Shown here: positions 12,002 to 26,009 of the stretch, piece after piece
How the letters are laid out: every line of letters begins with the position of its first letter
Position numbering within the stretch: the stretch's first letter is position 1
DNA from: Vicugna vicugna
Taxonomy: Eukaryota
Length of the DNA stretch: 64,000 nucleotides
Assembly (NCBI GenBank): GCA_013265495.1
Contig: MU058540.1
Coordinates: 2,133,696 to 2,197,695, forward strand
Direction of reading: 5' to 3'
Program-made: the position numbers and the translations under genes
Notes under the pieces: generated by a model
The model's input: the letters and a program-made list of their open reading frames with translations, nothing else
Told to the model about the DNA's origin: nothing
Databases searched by the model: none

Positions 12002-13934
12002 ATCTCTCTGGATGCTTATTTTTTCATATGTTCGTCTAGTAACTCCTCACTACCTTGTTAGATTTTTTGATGCTTTTAAGATTCAAAAATATTTGTCTAA
12101 CATATATAGTTGTCTTTGATGAGAGGATTGGTCCAAGTTCTAAGTGGCCTTTCTATATTTGGAAAAATCCTTTATGAATTTTGCCTCTCAACCTGGAAGT
12201 CAGAATTCAAATTCCCAGCCTCCCTTGCAGCTAGATCATAGATATGTGACCAAATTCTACCAATTTCACACCCAAGGGAGACTTCAATTTGAAAGTGCAG
12301 GACAGGAGGTTTGGTGGGTGGCTCCCAGTTTTCATTGGGCAAGTGGCTACAAAAAATTCCATTTTTTTAAAATGAGGCAAATCTATGTATACTATAGCAG
12401 AGATTGTAGTCATCCCCCAATACCATTCTCCTCTTTTCTGACTTTTGAACTGGGTATATGGCTATCTGGAACAAAGAATTTGTTTCCCAGCCTCCTTTGC
12501 AGCTAGATGTGTCCCTGTGTTCTGACCAATAGGAACTAAACAGAAATGTCACAGAAAGTGTCCTTAATAGGAAGAAAGAGGTCCCTCTCTTTTCTTTTCC
12601 TCTTTCTGTTGGCCAGATGCAGATGTAATGTCTGGAGCTCAGACAGCCATATTGGACCATGATGTAAAAGCCCCATATTGAGGATGGCATAGCAAAAGAC
12701 AGAAGGAATCTGGGTCCTTGATAGTTGTGCAAGTATTGCCTGACTACTTATCTCCGGACTTCATTAATGAGAGAGAAATCAATGTCTTTTGCAAGGCACT
12801 GATATTTTTAATTTTCTGTCACTTGCAGCTGAGCTTACATTGTTAAATGAAAAAAGTAAGGTACAAAGCAATGTGTAGAGTATAGTACCACTGTACCATA
12901 AATTTGGAAAGATTTTCAGATAGGTTTACCTATATTTGTATATAAGTAGCCTTTCCCAATATGGTCTACTGTTTGAATTTTTTTCTATGTGCAAATATTA
13001 CTTAATTAATATTAACTTTGAAAAATCAAAAAAATTTTTTCTTTTTATTTCCAGCTTTACTGAGGCATGATAAACAGGACACACTGAAAGTACACAATCT
13101 GATAAATCTTGACATATGTATACACCCATGAAACCAACACCACAGTTAGGATAATGAACACACCCATTACCCCAGAAGTTTCCTCAAGCACATTTATGTG
13201 CTCCTAATCTCTAGCCAATCACTGATCTGCTTTCTTTTTAAAAAATTAAAACAATTAATAATTTTAAATGATTTATATTTTTAAACCATAGTAGTTTGGT
13301 GAAAGTATGGTTGATTTTCCTCCTTTTTCTACTTTTCCATATTTTTAGGTTTCTAACCATATTTACATGCAAAGTCAAATTGCCCCAGGCAATAAAAAAT
13401 GTATGCTTTAAATATTTTTGCTTCGTAGATATGCTTATCCTTTAATCCCCAGGACCTCCAAGATCAATATATTGAACATCCACTTTGGACTACAGGTCCA
13501 CTCAACAATAGATATTGAATACCTACTATCTCTCAGGCACTGTTCTAGGTAAACAAGACAGACAAAATGCCTTTGTTAATGGAGCTGAGGTTCCTACAGG
13601 GTAGAGAGTCAACAAGTAGACAAACAAATAAAATACTTTCAGATGGGACTTGCTGCTATAAAGAAAAGTAAAACAGGTTAAGGAGATAAAAAGTATTGAG
13701 GTCATCAATAGAGAAGGTGGGGAGGAAAGACCTCTGAGGAGGTGACACAGTGCTGAGAACTGAATCATGAGAAGGAACCAGTTATGGAAATTTTGAGAGG
13801 ACAAGAATTCCAGGAAAGAAGCCCAGAACATGCGGGAAACAGAGAGAGGGTCAGAGCGGCTGAGGAGAAGTGTGGGGGTGGGGGAGTGCTTCCAGAAGAG
13901 GTTGGAGAGGTGGGCATGTCTGTGCTGCAGTGAG

Positions 13935-14630
13935 AGACCACTACACACCTAAGCAGAACTGCTAAAATTAAAAAGACCAACAATACCAAGAGCCAGTAGA
14001 GATGTGAAACAACTGGAACTTTCATTCTTTCCTGGTGGGACCATACAGCCACTTTGGAATACAGTTTGGCAGTTTCTCTTGAAGTTAAACGTACACTTGC
14101 TATACAGCTCAGCAATCCTGCTTCCAAGAGAAACCAAAATGTGTGTTGACAAAAAGAGTTGTACAGGAGTGTTCATAGCAACTTTTCATAATAGCCTGAA
14201 ATTACAAACCACCAAAATCTCTATCAACAAGAGAAGGGATAAACAAATAGTGATATAGCCACATGATGGAATACAATACAGCAATAAAAAGGAAAACACT
14301 ACTAATACACGCAAAAATGTGGACAAATCTCAAAATGATGATGTTGAGCAAAAGAAGCCAGATGCAGAAGAGTACATTCTGTGTGATTCCATGTATCTGA
14401 AATTCTAGGAAATACCAATCTAATCCAAAATGACAGAAAACAGATTAGGGGCTGCTCAGGCCAGGTGGGGATTGATTGCAAAAAAGAACAAGGAAATTTT
14501 CGAGGGAAGGAAATGATCTATATCATCATAGAGGCTACACAAGCAAACACATTTGTCAAAACTCATCAAACTGCACACTTAAATGGGTGCCTTGTATGGT
14601 TATGTAAATTATGCCTCAGCAAAGTTGATC
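13935..14630 (+). mobile_element. L1ME/L1M 3' fragment (preceded by L2-like sequence at about 13500-13930)
   Basis: Typical L1 ORF2 end and 3' UTR motifs (GGTIQPLWNTVWQFL..., AAAAGAAGCCAG...). Confidence 0.65.
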
Positions 14631-17600
14631 GAAAACACACGCCACGTGTGTGCTTATTTACTAGTCTGGTACATTGTCTGTTTCTCCCTGTATCTTTCAG
14701 GAATTAGCTTGCAAATCATTTCTAACCAGCTCACTTGTTTTTCTCCCTCTACTCTTAACCCCAAAAATGAATTAAATCTGTCACCCAGAATTTCTCTTTT
14801 AAGGCTGACTCCATCACTTCAGTGCTCCACACAAAAATGTTTATCCTCATTTTATAGAGAACAGAGATCCCACATGGTTAAGTCAGAGGGAGTGCTTTCC
14901 CTGGACGCTTCCTTGGTGGATTTGGGGGAGCCCCTTAAAGCCCCCTAAGTGTCTCTTTCCTCTGCTGAATGATACCTGAAATTCATGAGTCCAAGTGTTA
15001 TCCTTTTCATGTTGGGCTTCAGGCGCCTGCAACGGGAGATGGCACCAATCTTGCTGACTCGGTGAATGAAGAGGAACCCTTGCAGCTGAGTGTTCTGTTC
15101 AACGATGAGGCCCGCGAGGACTGGGGACACAGAGAAGAGTGACAATGCAGTTGGAACACTCACAGTCTCTGAAGACTCAGCCAGGAACTTGTTCTGAAAC
15201 ACAGACTCTCAGGTCCCAGGGGATTCTTATTTGGGTAGGGTATTGTTAACAAACTCCCAGGTGGTCCCCTGCAGACCATCTTCAAGACGCAATTGTTGGG
15301 ATAGAAGGAAGACTGAAATCATTTAGAATAAGAAACAGCTGAAATTGTTCTGAATTTGATGATATACCCCAAGCAGGATAAACACAAGGGAACTCTCACC
15401 GAGGCCCATTGTCATCAAACTGTTAAAAAAAAATACGGCAATAAAGAGAAACTCTGGTTTAGAGAATTTACAAGAAAACTTTTGCAGGGTGGAGGTGGAC
15501 GGATAAAGCCTCAGAAGTGAGTAAGATGAGGGGGGTGGGGCGTGGGAGATGAACCTGATAGTTTAAAGAGAATCATCGTCAAGATCTTCACCATTTGCTA
15601 AGGAGCAGCCTGTCGACCTGGCCCTGGGGAAGGGCCCTGGCTCTGTTTTGTAAGCTAAGTCCCTCTTCACCTGCCCCTCCACTGTGAGAAGCCAGATTCG
15701 TATCCCATCCCAGGCTGGTTCTCAGGATCTGTGGGCTGTCATTGCATAGCTGGATGCTGTTATCCTGCCGGGCAAAGACCCAGCAGGTAGTTCCCAAGCC
15801 CAGCTACATGTAGTGATGTAAGCTAGTCATCCCCCCAGGGAGATGCTGAGGCACCAGTGCCTACTCTCCAGGGACTTAGCTCTGTTGTCTGGAACCTGAC
15901 TGATCCTCAAACTGAAATTGGCCATGTGCCCTGTGCACTCCCAGTAAGTGTTGACTCGGGTTTCCTCCCAGCTTTCCTTTCCCATCCAGGCCCTATGGGC
16001 ACAAAGCAAAGTTAATCTAATCCCAAGAACCCAGTGTATCAGCATAGTAGGCATAAGTGGGCAGGGGCAAAAAGAGGGGGGACTGACTCGGGGCATTTAT
16101 GGGTTAGGTCAACAGGAACCACAGCTGGGGCTGGAAAGAGGTGGCAGAGAAGGCTCAATCCCGTGGCCTAGAAGAGGGCTAACCTACTGAGATTGTGCAT
16201 CATTGTGAAGACCTCTGATTACAGTGACCATATTAGCTCATGTCTATTGGGCACTTGTTGGAATCGGATGCTTGCAATGTTCTAGATGCTTTAAGTGCTT
16301 TAACTAATTTCATCTTCAACAACCTAAGGAAACTATGGCATAGGGAGGTTAAAAGACCTTCCAAGCCAACAAGTGGCAGAGTCATGGCTTACCCTCTAAG
16401 CCACACCACCTTTCAGAAATGAACATAGGGGGACTGAAGCTGTTAGCTGGTTCAATGGCGAGCCAAGTATGTTAGGTTGGAGGATCAGCAATCTTTCCTG
16501 CCCTGGGGATGTTCATCTGTGTTTTCTCTCAGGCTTAAGTGCTTTATTTGCATGTAGGCTAGCAGAAAAGTTTTAAATCAGCCAACTGTCCAAAACTGTG
16601 CAGCCACCCAAGATGGAGGTGAAAGTGATTGCTCACCAGCCACTCTGCTATGTGGCTGTTACCTACCTGGTCTCCCATCACAATCTGTTTCCCTTTGCTG
16701 TTCTCCTGCCCTGCCCTTCCTACCACCAAGTCCAATCTTTCAAGGCTCAGCCCAAATCTCACCTCTCCCAGAAAGCCCTCACTGATATCCCTGGTTGGGA
16801 TGACTCTGTCCCAGGCCTGTGCTCTGAGATGGGATGTTCTTTCAGCATGAGCCAGCATTCACCTTGCATTCGGTCACTTCTCAGTGGATCCATCTCCCTG
16901 GTGGCAGCAGGTCGTGATGAGCAGGTCATTAGAGTGTCCTGAGGACATCTCTCTTCATTGACTTGAAAAAACTGAGGCTTGGAAATTCTGTAAATTTTAT
17001 ATAAAAAAGCAGGAATATAAGATGAAAACATGATGGATGGGATTTTGCTCTCACAACATATTTTCTTTAAAATTTTCTACATTCCAAAAAAATAAAATAG
17101 CTTTAGCATGGCAGCTATCTTATAAATGAGGATGATTCCTACTTCTTCATTCCATTCAATTTTAATGAGTCACTCATTCATTTATTCATCAGACATTGAC
17201 CCTGATTGCTCAAAAGCTGTAGAAGTTGGCAAATACAACAATGAGTGAGGCAGTGCCGGGCAGCAGTAACTGCACAGACTCTTCAGCTGAACTGGCTGTG
17301 TGTAAATCCTACTCCACCACTTACTAGGCATGTCACCTTTAGTAAATAAGTTACTTAAATGCTCCATGTATCAATTTCCCAACTATAAAATGGACATGAT
17401 AATGGTAAAATCTACCAAGGTTGTTATGAGAATTAAACAGGCTAATATATAGAAAACCTAAAGCAGTCAGAATAGTGCCTGGTATGTGCATGTGAAAATG
17501 CTGGCTTTTAAATCATTATTGTCAGCACCATTAGAAAATGTGTTCTAATAGAGACCAATAAAGACCCCCTCAGTTTAGGAAGATGAGTAGGTCCTTGCCA

Positions 17601-20600
17601 GGTCAAGGAGGGGATGGGCATTACAGGCAACAGGAACAGCATGTACGAAGGCTCAGAGGTACACACCAGCTCAGCCAGTTGGGGGAACCAGGAGGCTAAG
17701 ACATAATGTGCAGCTAGGGGCAGGCTGAGATGTGCAGGGTCCCTGCAGGTGGTGCAGGTGGGGCACTTGGGCCTTCATTCTGATGGTAACAGGGAGCCAG
17801 GGAAGGGTTCTAAACTACCCTCAGTAAATCAAAACAGGAAATACAGCAGGAGGAGCAGGCAGATGGTGATGTTTTTGATGCTCTGGGGAGGGGTGGGCAG
17901 AGGTGATGGCTTCAGTGTGGAGCACATTGTGTTTAAGTTCCACTCTCAGGAATCTCTACCTGTGTGATGTTCCTAGGCTCTCAATGTCATGCACACACAC
18001 ACACACACACTCACTCACTCACTCACTCACTCTTAGAAGACAGTTACTGTGTCTTACTCATTTCTGTATCCACCCCCTCATCCTCCCCACCCACCCCAAT
18101 ACCACACCAGGCACATACTCTGTGCTCTGTGACTGTAGCTAAATTGGGTTTAATGGAATCCAAGCTTGCTCCCTGCCCAGCCCTCTAGATTGAGTAACTG
18201 TCACAGATACAACTATCCCACCTCACCTCTGGATCACTGCCGTGCTGCCCAGGAAGAGTCCAGGAGAAGCCCCCCTTCCACTTGAGGGAGTCAGGCCGCC
18301 TGGGACCCTGCTGTCAGCCCCAGAGCTGCCACATCAACCTTGGGACTGAGCCCTCTTCAAAGCTTTCCCACTCCCCAGGAGGAGAGCATGGGCCCGAGGC
18401 CCACAAATGGGTGGAATGGAGAGCACGACAGTGAAAGCAGAGATCAGCCTCACACTTACGGGCCCCACAAAATGATGGCTCTTTGGAGACATTGTTCTCA
18501 GGAGAGAAGGATTCCTCCCTCACCCCTTGACCCACTCCTGTCAACCACCCATACAAGATACAGCCCTGGAGTGAGCCCTGAGCTCTTGGCACTTTCTCTG
18601 CTTCCCATTGGGCCATCAGTAAGGGAAATTAAGACAAAAGAGCCCAGTTTGACATAAATCCAGAGGCAGCCAGACCCTGACAACGGACCACTCTCCTCAT
18701 TCCAAGTCTGAGCTGGGCTTGCTCACCTGAGAGCTGAGGGTGGAGAGGAGAGTGTGTATATATCTGTTCCCTTGTGTGCAAATATGCACACCTGTGTGCC
18801 CATGCACACACACGTGTGTGTGTGTGCCCCCAAGGTGCATGTGGGCCTGACTGCTGCCTGTGATGCATTCATGTTTGCACTTGTGTCCGTGTGCCTGTCT
18901 ATGCCTGTGTGTGTGCCCATGTGTATATGGGCAAAGAATGTGTATGTGTGTGCAATGCCTGCCTCGGGGAGGGGCGAGGGAGCAGAGGGAGCAGTGGGGG
19001 ACACATTTACAAAGTTGCTAGTCTGTTTGTGGGCAGGTAGTTAGGCATGGGTTTGGGTGTGGTTCTGGGAGCAGGAGCTGTGTGTTTGCTATGAGGGAAG
19101 ATTTCTGCCCAGGTGTTTGTGAATAAGGATGGGACAGGTGAGGCGGGGCAGCCACCCTTCTGGCTGAGGCCCTGCCTGTCCTTCTCATCCTTCCTGGGCT
19201 CACCTCCCAGGGCAGCCATCTTTGCCAAAAATGCCCCGGTTGGATGCCCTGGGTTGGGCTGGCCTGCCCAGCAGGAAGGCACTGTCTCTCAGAGGCCCTG
19301 AGGAAGGATGAGCTCATTCTCTGCAAGTTGAAAGGGGCACAGGAAAGTGTGGGGTGGGAGCAAGAATTCACTGCAGCTCCTCCAGTGTGGCTGACAAAAG
19401 ACACCTTCCCCATGGGAGGCCCTGCTCTAGAACAGGAGGGGCACAGTGAGAGAGGTCTATCCTGGAGGTGGAGACCTAGGTGGCCCCATTCAACAGATCC
19501 CCCAAAGACTGTGGGGTTCACATGGAGTTGCACTGGAATTAGATAGCAAATGATTGGGAGGATGTCAGAGGAAGGAAGCGGGAGGCACAGGGAGCTTCCA
19601 GTAAGAGAAAAGCCAGAGCAAAGGTGCTGAAACAGGAAAATGTCTGATGCGCGAAAGGAACCTTAAAGCTCCTCTGGTGGCTGCATCCTTGACGTACATG
19701 GGAGAAAACCAAGGCCCAGAGAGAGGAAGTGCTTTTGAGACCTAGAGGCAGAAATGACAGCTCCTGACTTTCAGGTCAGTGCTCTTTCTGCTGCTCCAGA
19801 GAGCCTGGGGTGGAGAAAGCCAGGGCATCTGGCTGTTGGTTGTGCTTCCTTTGCTTTCTTATCCCCAGTGAGGGAGGCTGAGTCAAGGGTCCCAGTTCTC
19901 CAGCTCCCTCTGCCAGCAGCTAGCTGTGTAATACTGGAACAAGTCACTCTCCCGCTCTGAGCCCCTTATCCCATTTGAAGGAGGAATAAAGCCTTGCCTC
20001 ACCTGGGAATGCTACCTTTGATTCCCAAGTGAGCCACAATTTGTCTTAGTCATCCTCCTATCCCCACAATAGCAGAAGCCACAGCACAAGGTAGGCGCTC
20101 AAATAAGAGTTTTTAAATGAAGGAAAGAGTGATGAGCTCCCTGATTCTCCCTCTACCACCCTCCTCTGAGAGCCTCAGCATCTCCCCTCCCCAGGCAGGA
20201 CATAGGGTGAAGGAGGCCCAGAATCAGAAGGACCTTGAAAGCGAAGGCAGGAAAGATGAACAATCTAATTGCACAGAAGCCTTGACTTCTGCCTGTTTCT
20301 GGGAGGATGCCCTTGAAAGCACTCTTCCTTGCAGCCTTGGCCTTGCTGGAAACTGCTGGGCTGAGGGGGCTGAAGGAAGGGCCTGGATCTCTAGCAGAAC
20401 GTGGGGGCAGCTGGACCCAGGAGGAGCCCTGGCAGGCCTCTCCCCACTCACTGCCTCGGCTCCAAGCCCTCCTGTCCCAGTCCTAAGGGGTTGGGCTGGC
20501 CCTAGAACCTCCTGTTTCCCATGCCAATGATTCCTTAGTTTTTTCAAATTCCAATTACTCTCCTTTTTTGAGGCCCTCTTTCCACGTTAAAATTTTTATT

Positions 20601-21239
20601 GCCCATTTCCTTTTCTATGGTAGCAGCTGTATTTCTTTTAATCTTGTAAAACACACACGTGTATACATACATGAAATTAATCTGCGGTGATAAGAGTCAG
20701 ATCTTGGTTGCCGCTGGGGTGGGGACTGATTGGGAGGGGGCACGAGGGAACTTAGGGATGCTGAAAATGTTCAGAGTTTTTATCTAGGTGATGGTTACAC
20801 TCGTGTATATATATGTGTGTGTCAAAATTCATTGAGCTGTGCACTTGAGATTTGTGCATTTTACCATAGTAGATTATATGTCAATAAAGTGCTGCTAGCA
20901 TTTAAAAGACACACGTACAGAGAAATACGTAGAACAGACACTCTCAGTTTAGGGAGTTATAAAGCAAGCTCCCACATAAACACTACCCAAAATGCCTGGT
21001 GCCCCTACATCGTACGTAGTCCACGGTGCTGGCTGTAACCAAGCGTCTCCCCTTGGACCCCAATACCCACAGATGGGGCCTCACCACTCCAGGCACCTCC
21101 TGCTCCCCAGATTCATGGGGACACAGAGATCAGGGATGGGGACTGCCCGTAGGTTTTGGAACCTAGAATTTCCCATCAGTGTAGCCCCAAGCTTGACTGC
21201 AACTCTTGTTCTGGTGAGTTGAAGGAACAGAAAACACAC

Positions 21240-21568
21240 CCGTTTCCCTTTTCTGGGAGGGGGGTTTCCGTACTGGCCTCCCCCAGGCCGAGCCTTGGCC
21301 GGTGGGGGGGGGGGGGATGTCCCCAGTGAAAGTCCAGGAGCAATGTGCCTTCCCTGCATCCCTGCTAAAAATAATCCCGGGCAGCTCTGCTGCCACCGAG
21401 CCGCCGCCGCAGGAAGGACGGAATCGTGTTTTGCTTTAAACGTAGAAACAGCTCAGCAGTTGGGGGCGAAGGAAGGGTGGGAGAGAGAGGCTAGTGATCT
21501 GAGAGCCCTGGCAGGACTCTCCCCACCCCCATCCTCAGCTGCTGCTGGTCCTCTCAGAGGTGCCTAGG

Positions 21569-21599
<31 letters not shown>

Positions 21600-22080
21600 G
21601 TGACAGAGCAGGAAGCCCAGGGAAGTTTGGGGATGGTTGGAGAGGGGTCTCTGTCCTGCTAACTGGAGCATGCAGGCTTGGAGGGCCGGGAGTCACGTAC
21701 TCCACGGGGTCCCCACCTCCTCTGAGAAGGGCTCTGTCTCAGCAGTCCACCCCAGGCTCCCGCCGCGGCCCCCGCCCTCCTGCAGCGTGGCCGCCTTCCC
21801 CTCGGGGGCTCCTGGCACACACAGGGCTGAGGACCGTCACTTCACAGTCCCAAGCTCTGTCTAGCTTCCGCTCTGCCCAAAGAGATCGGGAGGTCCTCAA
21901 GGGCGGGTGCGGTCCAGCGGCGAGGAATTTCCCTGGAAACGGGAAGTACAAGATGTGTCAGTATGGGATCCCAGCGTGAGGAGTGAGCCGCTGAGTAAAG
22001 GGGAAGAGGCCCTCCTAGCCACCGGCCCATGCTGTCTCCTCCCACAGCTCCTCTGCCCGTCTCAGGCATCCGAGGCCTCA
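21240..22080. promoter_or_regulatory. CpG-enriched putative enhancer with kB sites
   Basis: Local CpG enrichment; GGGGGTTTCC at 21260-21269, GGAATTTCCC at 21924-21933, GRE-like AGTACA-AGA-TGTGTC at 21945-21959. Confidence 0.45.
21571..21599. repeat. (GT)n microsatellite
   Basis: About 14 GT units, read directly. Confidence 0.95.
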
Positions 22081-25000
22081 CAGGGTGACAGGACCATCCT
22101 GCAACTGACCTCAGTTTTCTGAACTGCCATGAATTGAATGTGTCCCACGTTCTAGGCACTGTACTGACCTTACATAGATTATCTCATTTAATCCTCTCAG
22201 CAAGCCTGACATTGGAATGAATACTCTCCCTGTTTACAGTTGATGAAACAGGCATACAGTGATGAAGTGCTCATCCTACCAACTTACTGGTAGTAAGTGA
22301 CAGAGACAGGGCTTGAAGTCATGATTTGGGACACAGAGAATGCCCAGGATGACTGTCCAGAGAACGATGAGAGAATTTTGGAAATTGGACATCTGTAAAT
22401 AATTTAGGACGCATGGTTGGTGTACTTGATACTTCAGTAGAAAAAAGAGCAGTGGCTTCAGAGCCAAAGTTTGTACTACCAGTTACGATACTGGCCAAGG
22501 AACTTGATCATTCCAAGTCTCAGTTTCCATCTCTACAAAATGGATACAACAACCCTTGCCTAGAATTGCTGGGGAGTAATGAATGAACCCAGCATTTTTC
22601 TTAAACCTGAAAAACGTCAAGCTCCAACCTGCCTCAGAATTCTGCATGTGCTATTTTCTATGCCCAGAACCCTAAGGCCCCAGATGTTCACATACTGGTT
22701 TGTTCTTGTCATCTAGGTCTCAGCTGAAACATAAGTTGTCCTTAGAGCAGCCTTCCCTGACTACTCAGCCCACCCCTTTACTTGCAATTGCTTCGCTCTG
22801 TTTTATTATTCTTTGCTCTTAGCACGATCTGAAATTATCTTTTTATTCGTTTTGTTTGTTTGTTTGTTCATGGCCTCTCCTCCCTCCCAAACATCCCTCC
22901 TAAGGATGTTAAGTTTCTTGAGAGCAGGGACCTCTGTGGGGTTCAATGACCCATTCCCCGTGCTCACATCAGGACCTGGCAAACATCAGAGCTCACCAAA
23001 CATTTATGAGTGAATGAATGATTATGCTTTGGAAACAGCATTATATTTAAGTGCCTCACTCTTCCTCAGGCCTTGCTGACCCAAAGGGTGGTAAATGTGG
23101 GTTAGTGGGGACTTGAGAGAGTGTTTTGGGCCTGGCCTGTGCCCAGCCCTGGAGCTCCTAGGATATAGGGAGCAATAAGGCTGCTTGGATTTCCAGCTGC
23201 TCTAGGATAAAGGTCAACTCTTTTGCTGGAACATGAGGTTTTGTAGTATCTGACTGCCTGCCTCTGGCCACATCTCCCTAACTTCCTCAACCTGCACTTC
23301 ATGTCCAGGCCAGACCAAACAACTCAAAGCACCCGCCAGAGAACCCAGGGCCGCTTCACGCCTGTGTGCCTCCAGCCTGGCACGCCCTGCACACTTGCTC
23401 TGCCTGGCCAGCTCCTCACAGACTTGAAGACTGGCCTCCTCAGAGGAGTCCTCCCGGATCCCTCCCTGAGCCCTCTGGCTACACCCAGTCCCTAACTTTC
23501 CAGGGCATTATAATGATCTACTTTTGTGCAGCTTTTCAAGTAGCCCAGAGATCTCTTGAGGACAACGACTGGTTTTTATGCCCCCAGGTTGAAGCACATG
23601 CCTGATGCACATGGTAGGTGCTTAATAGATGCCCCAGCACAGCTTTTGGACTTTGGATCCCCAGGCATTAATGCATTTCCTGGGACACACAGCGGGCACT
23701 CATTAAATGCACACTGAGTGCATAAACTGGAGCAGTCTGATGCTGGTAGAAGTTGGAATCAAGGACTGGGGGTGGGGTTAGGAATGGAAGATGCTTCCTC
23801 AAAAACAAGATGGTGTCAGAGGGAAGAAGGCAGAGGGGACCTCAGGAGACTTCCCAGGAGAATGGACATACAAAAAGCAAAGATAAAAATCAAACACAGA
23901 TGGATGGAGGCATATAACCAGGGCTCTCAGTGAGCAAGGACAGAAAAAGAGAGAAGGAAGGGTAAAAGAGGAAGAAAGAACTGGGCTCAGAGGGGACAAA
24001 ATGTCCCCATGAGAGCCGCAGAGGACAGGAAGCCAGAAACCAGGCCAGGCCGACTAACTACAGGATGTCTGGTGCCCTTGCTTCAGCCTCTGGGGGTAGA
24101 TAAGGGTGGCATGGGCAGTGTGGTGCTGCGGTCCCTTCCTGGGGTAACAGGGCTGGGTGAAAGGCCACGTGTCACCAGGTTTGGGCCATCTTGGGACACT
24201 CTTTCTCTCCTAGCTCAAGAGAGGCCCTGTGTTATGAAACAAAGCATCCCATATCACAGCCACAAATCTAGTTTCTTGCCATTGGCTGAGTAACTTAGCT
24301 GCTCTTGCATCAGTTTTCCCATCAGGAAAGTGGGTACTGTTCTTACTTTAAAGGACTATGAAGATCATACTGAGTTAGGACATAGAGGTGAAATGTACCC
24401 CTCCCGATACAGCCAGGGAGTGACATAATGGTAGTGATTTCTCCCCAAGCCCTGCTGTAAATGGGTCCTAAGACAGGCCATGCCACCATGTCACTGGGTG
24501 CTACAGATAGACCTTAGTTGAGAGACTTGGAACCCAGGTTCAGTCCCTGGTTTTTAGTTCCCAGGGCCAGAGCGTTACAGTGAAGCCAGTTTATTCCCAG
24601 ATGAGGGGGTGAGCAGCGGCAGGCACGCCAGTTGGCTGACAGACAACTGAGGCTGCCCACAGCCAGCAGGCCTGATCATACAACTCCACCATTGAGTGAC
24701 TTCTGGGGCCTCTGCATTTCAGCCTGTCAAATGGGCTGAAAATGGCTTTCTGGCTGTCATAGTATTCCTCATGGTGTGCATGGGCTCTAAGTAGGCAGAG
24801 GTCCTAGAATCCCTTGAAGGAAGGAGGGACTGAGACTCTGAGGCTTGAGAAATGGAGGGTTGATGATTTCAGTACATGATCTAAGCCATCTAGCAGAACA
24901 TTGAGAAGTGCTGGCTTTGATGTCAGACAGACCTAAATGTGAATCACAGCCCTATCACTTCTCTGAGCCTCAGTTTTCCAAACTGTTGCAGAGGCCTAAC

Positions 25001-25823
25001 ATGAGCACCCACCTCCTGGAGTTGCTGTGAAGAGTAAATAAGCTTGTGGATATAAAGCCCTGAGCCCAACACTTGGCCCCTAGGAGGCAATCGATCTTAG
25101 TTATTATTGTGAATAATAATACCATGTGCTCCTGAAGGAGGAAGGCCAGATCATAAACGTATTGATATCTGAATACTGAAGCCACTTTGAAGTGATTAAG
25201 CTGGTCACAGCTCAGAAAATCATTATGTCGCTGGTGTCAAATTCCATTTTGCACCTTCTATTAGAAATGTGTGACTCCTGGGGTTGGGGAGGATCAGATC
25301 CCCCTCCCCTAGCCCCCACCTCTGCCACATTCTCTGTGACTGATGGGGGAGGTCTGCCAAGCTTTTGGGAGTGGGGGAACAACTTAAATAGAGCCTTCAG
25401 CTCACTTCTTTAGCTGGGCTCAAGAATGCTGCTAAAGTGCTCAGGAAAACAAGGGTGGTAAGAAGTAGAAATCAATCTCAAAGTCCCAGAGAACCTTCAG
25501 ACCCAACTTGGAGTGTCTATGGCCTCAGAGGGTGTTTTAGGGCTGGCTGATTGGCGAGAGAAGGGCACTGGGAGCTTCAACCTTCCAGAGTCCAACTTCT
25601 CTCCTCCAGGGCTCTCTCTGCACTCCACCCTCACCTCTCACAAGAGTTTAGACCCCAAGAACTGACCCATGGTGGGGGGGGGCCCAGATGGGAGGGAGGC
25701 AGAAGAGAGCAGGGGTGACTGACAGCAGGATGCCACAGCTGAAGAAGGAAGTATAAATATAAAGCCGCCAGTGTAGGACTGGACAGAGGCCATATGAAAC
25801 ACACGGTACATTCCGGCCCCAGC

Positions 25824-26009
25824 GTAACAAACTGTACCAGCCTTTTTCAGAGCTGGGAGCACTGAGGGGAGGGAAGAGAGCAGAGGTTCCTTCGAGGTTG
25901 GCCCTGCCTCCTCCTCCCCCACTTCTCCCACAGCAGGGAAAGTCCCGATGTTCCTTTTGCAACCACAGGAAACCTACTATCCCTGCTCACACTCTGTACC
26001 CAGTGTTCC
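25824..26009. promoter_or_regulatory. Composite GRE/ARE + NF-kB enhancer
   Basis: GTAACA-AAC-TGTACC at 25824-25838; GGGAAAGTCCC (reverse complement GGGACTTTCCC) at 25936-25946; CTCACA-CTC-TGTACC-CAG-TGTTCC at 25986-26009. Confidence 0.55.
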
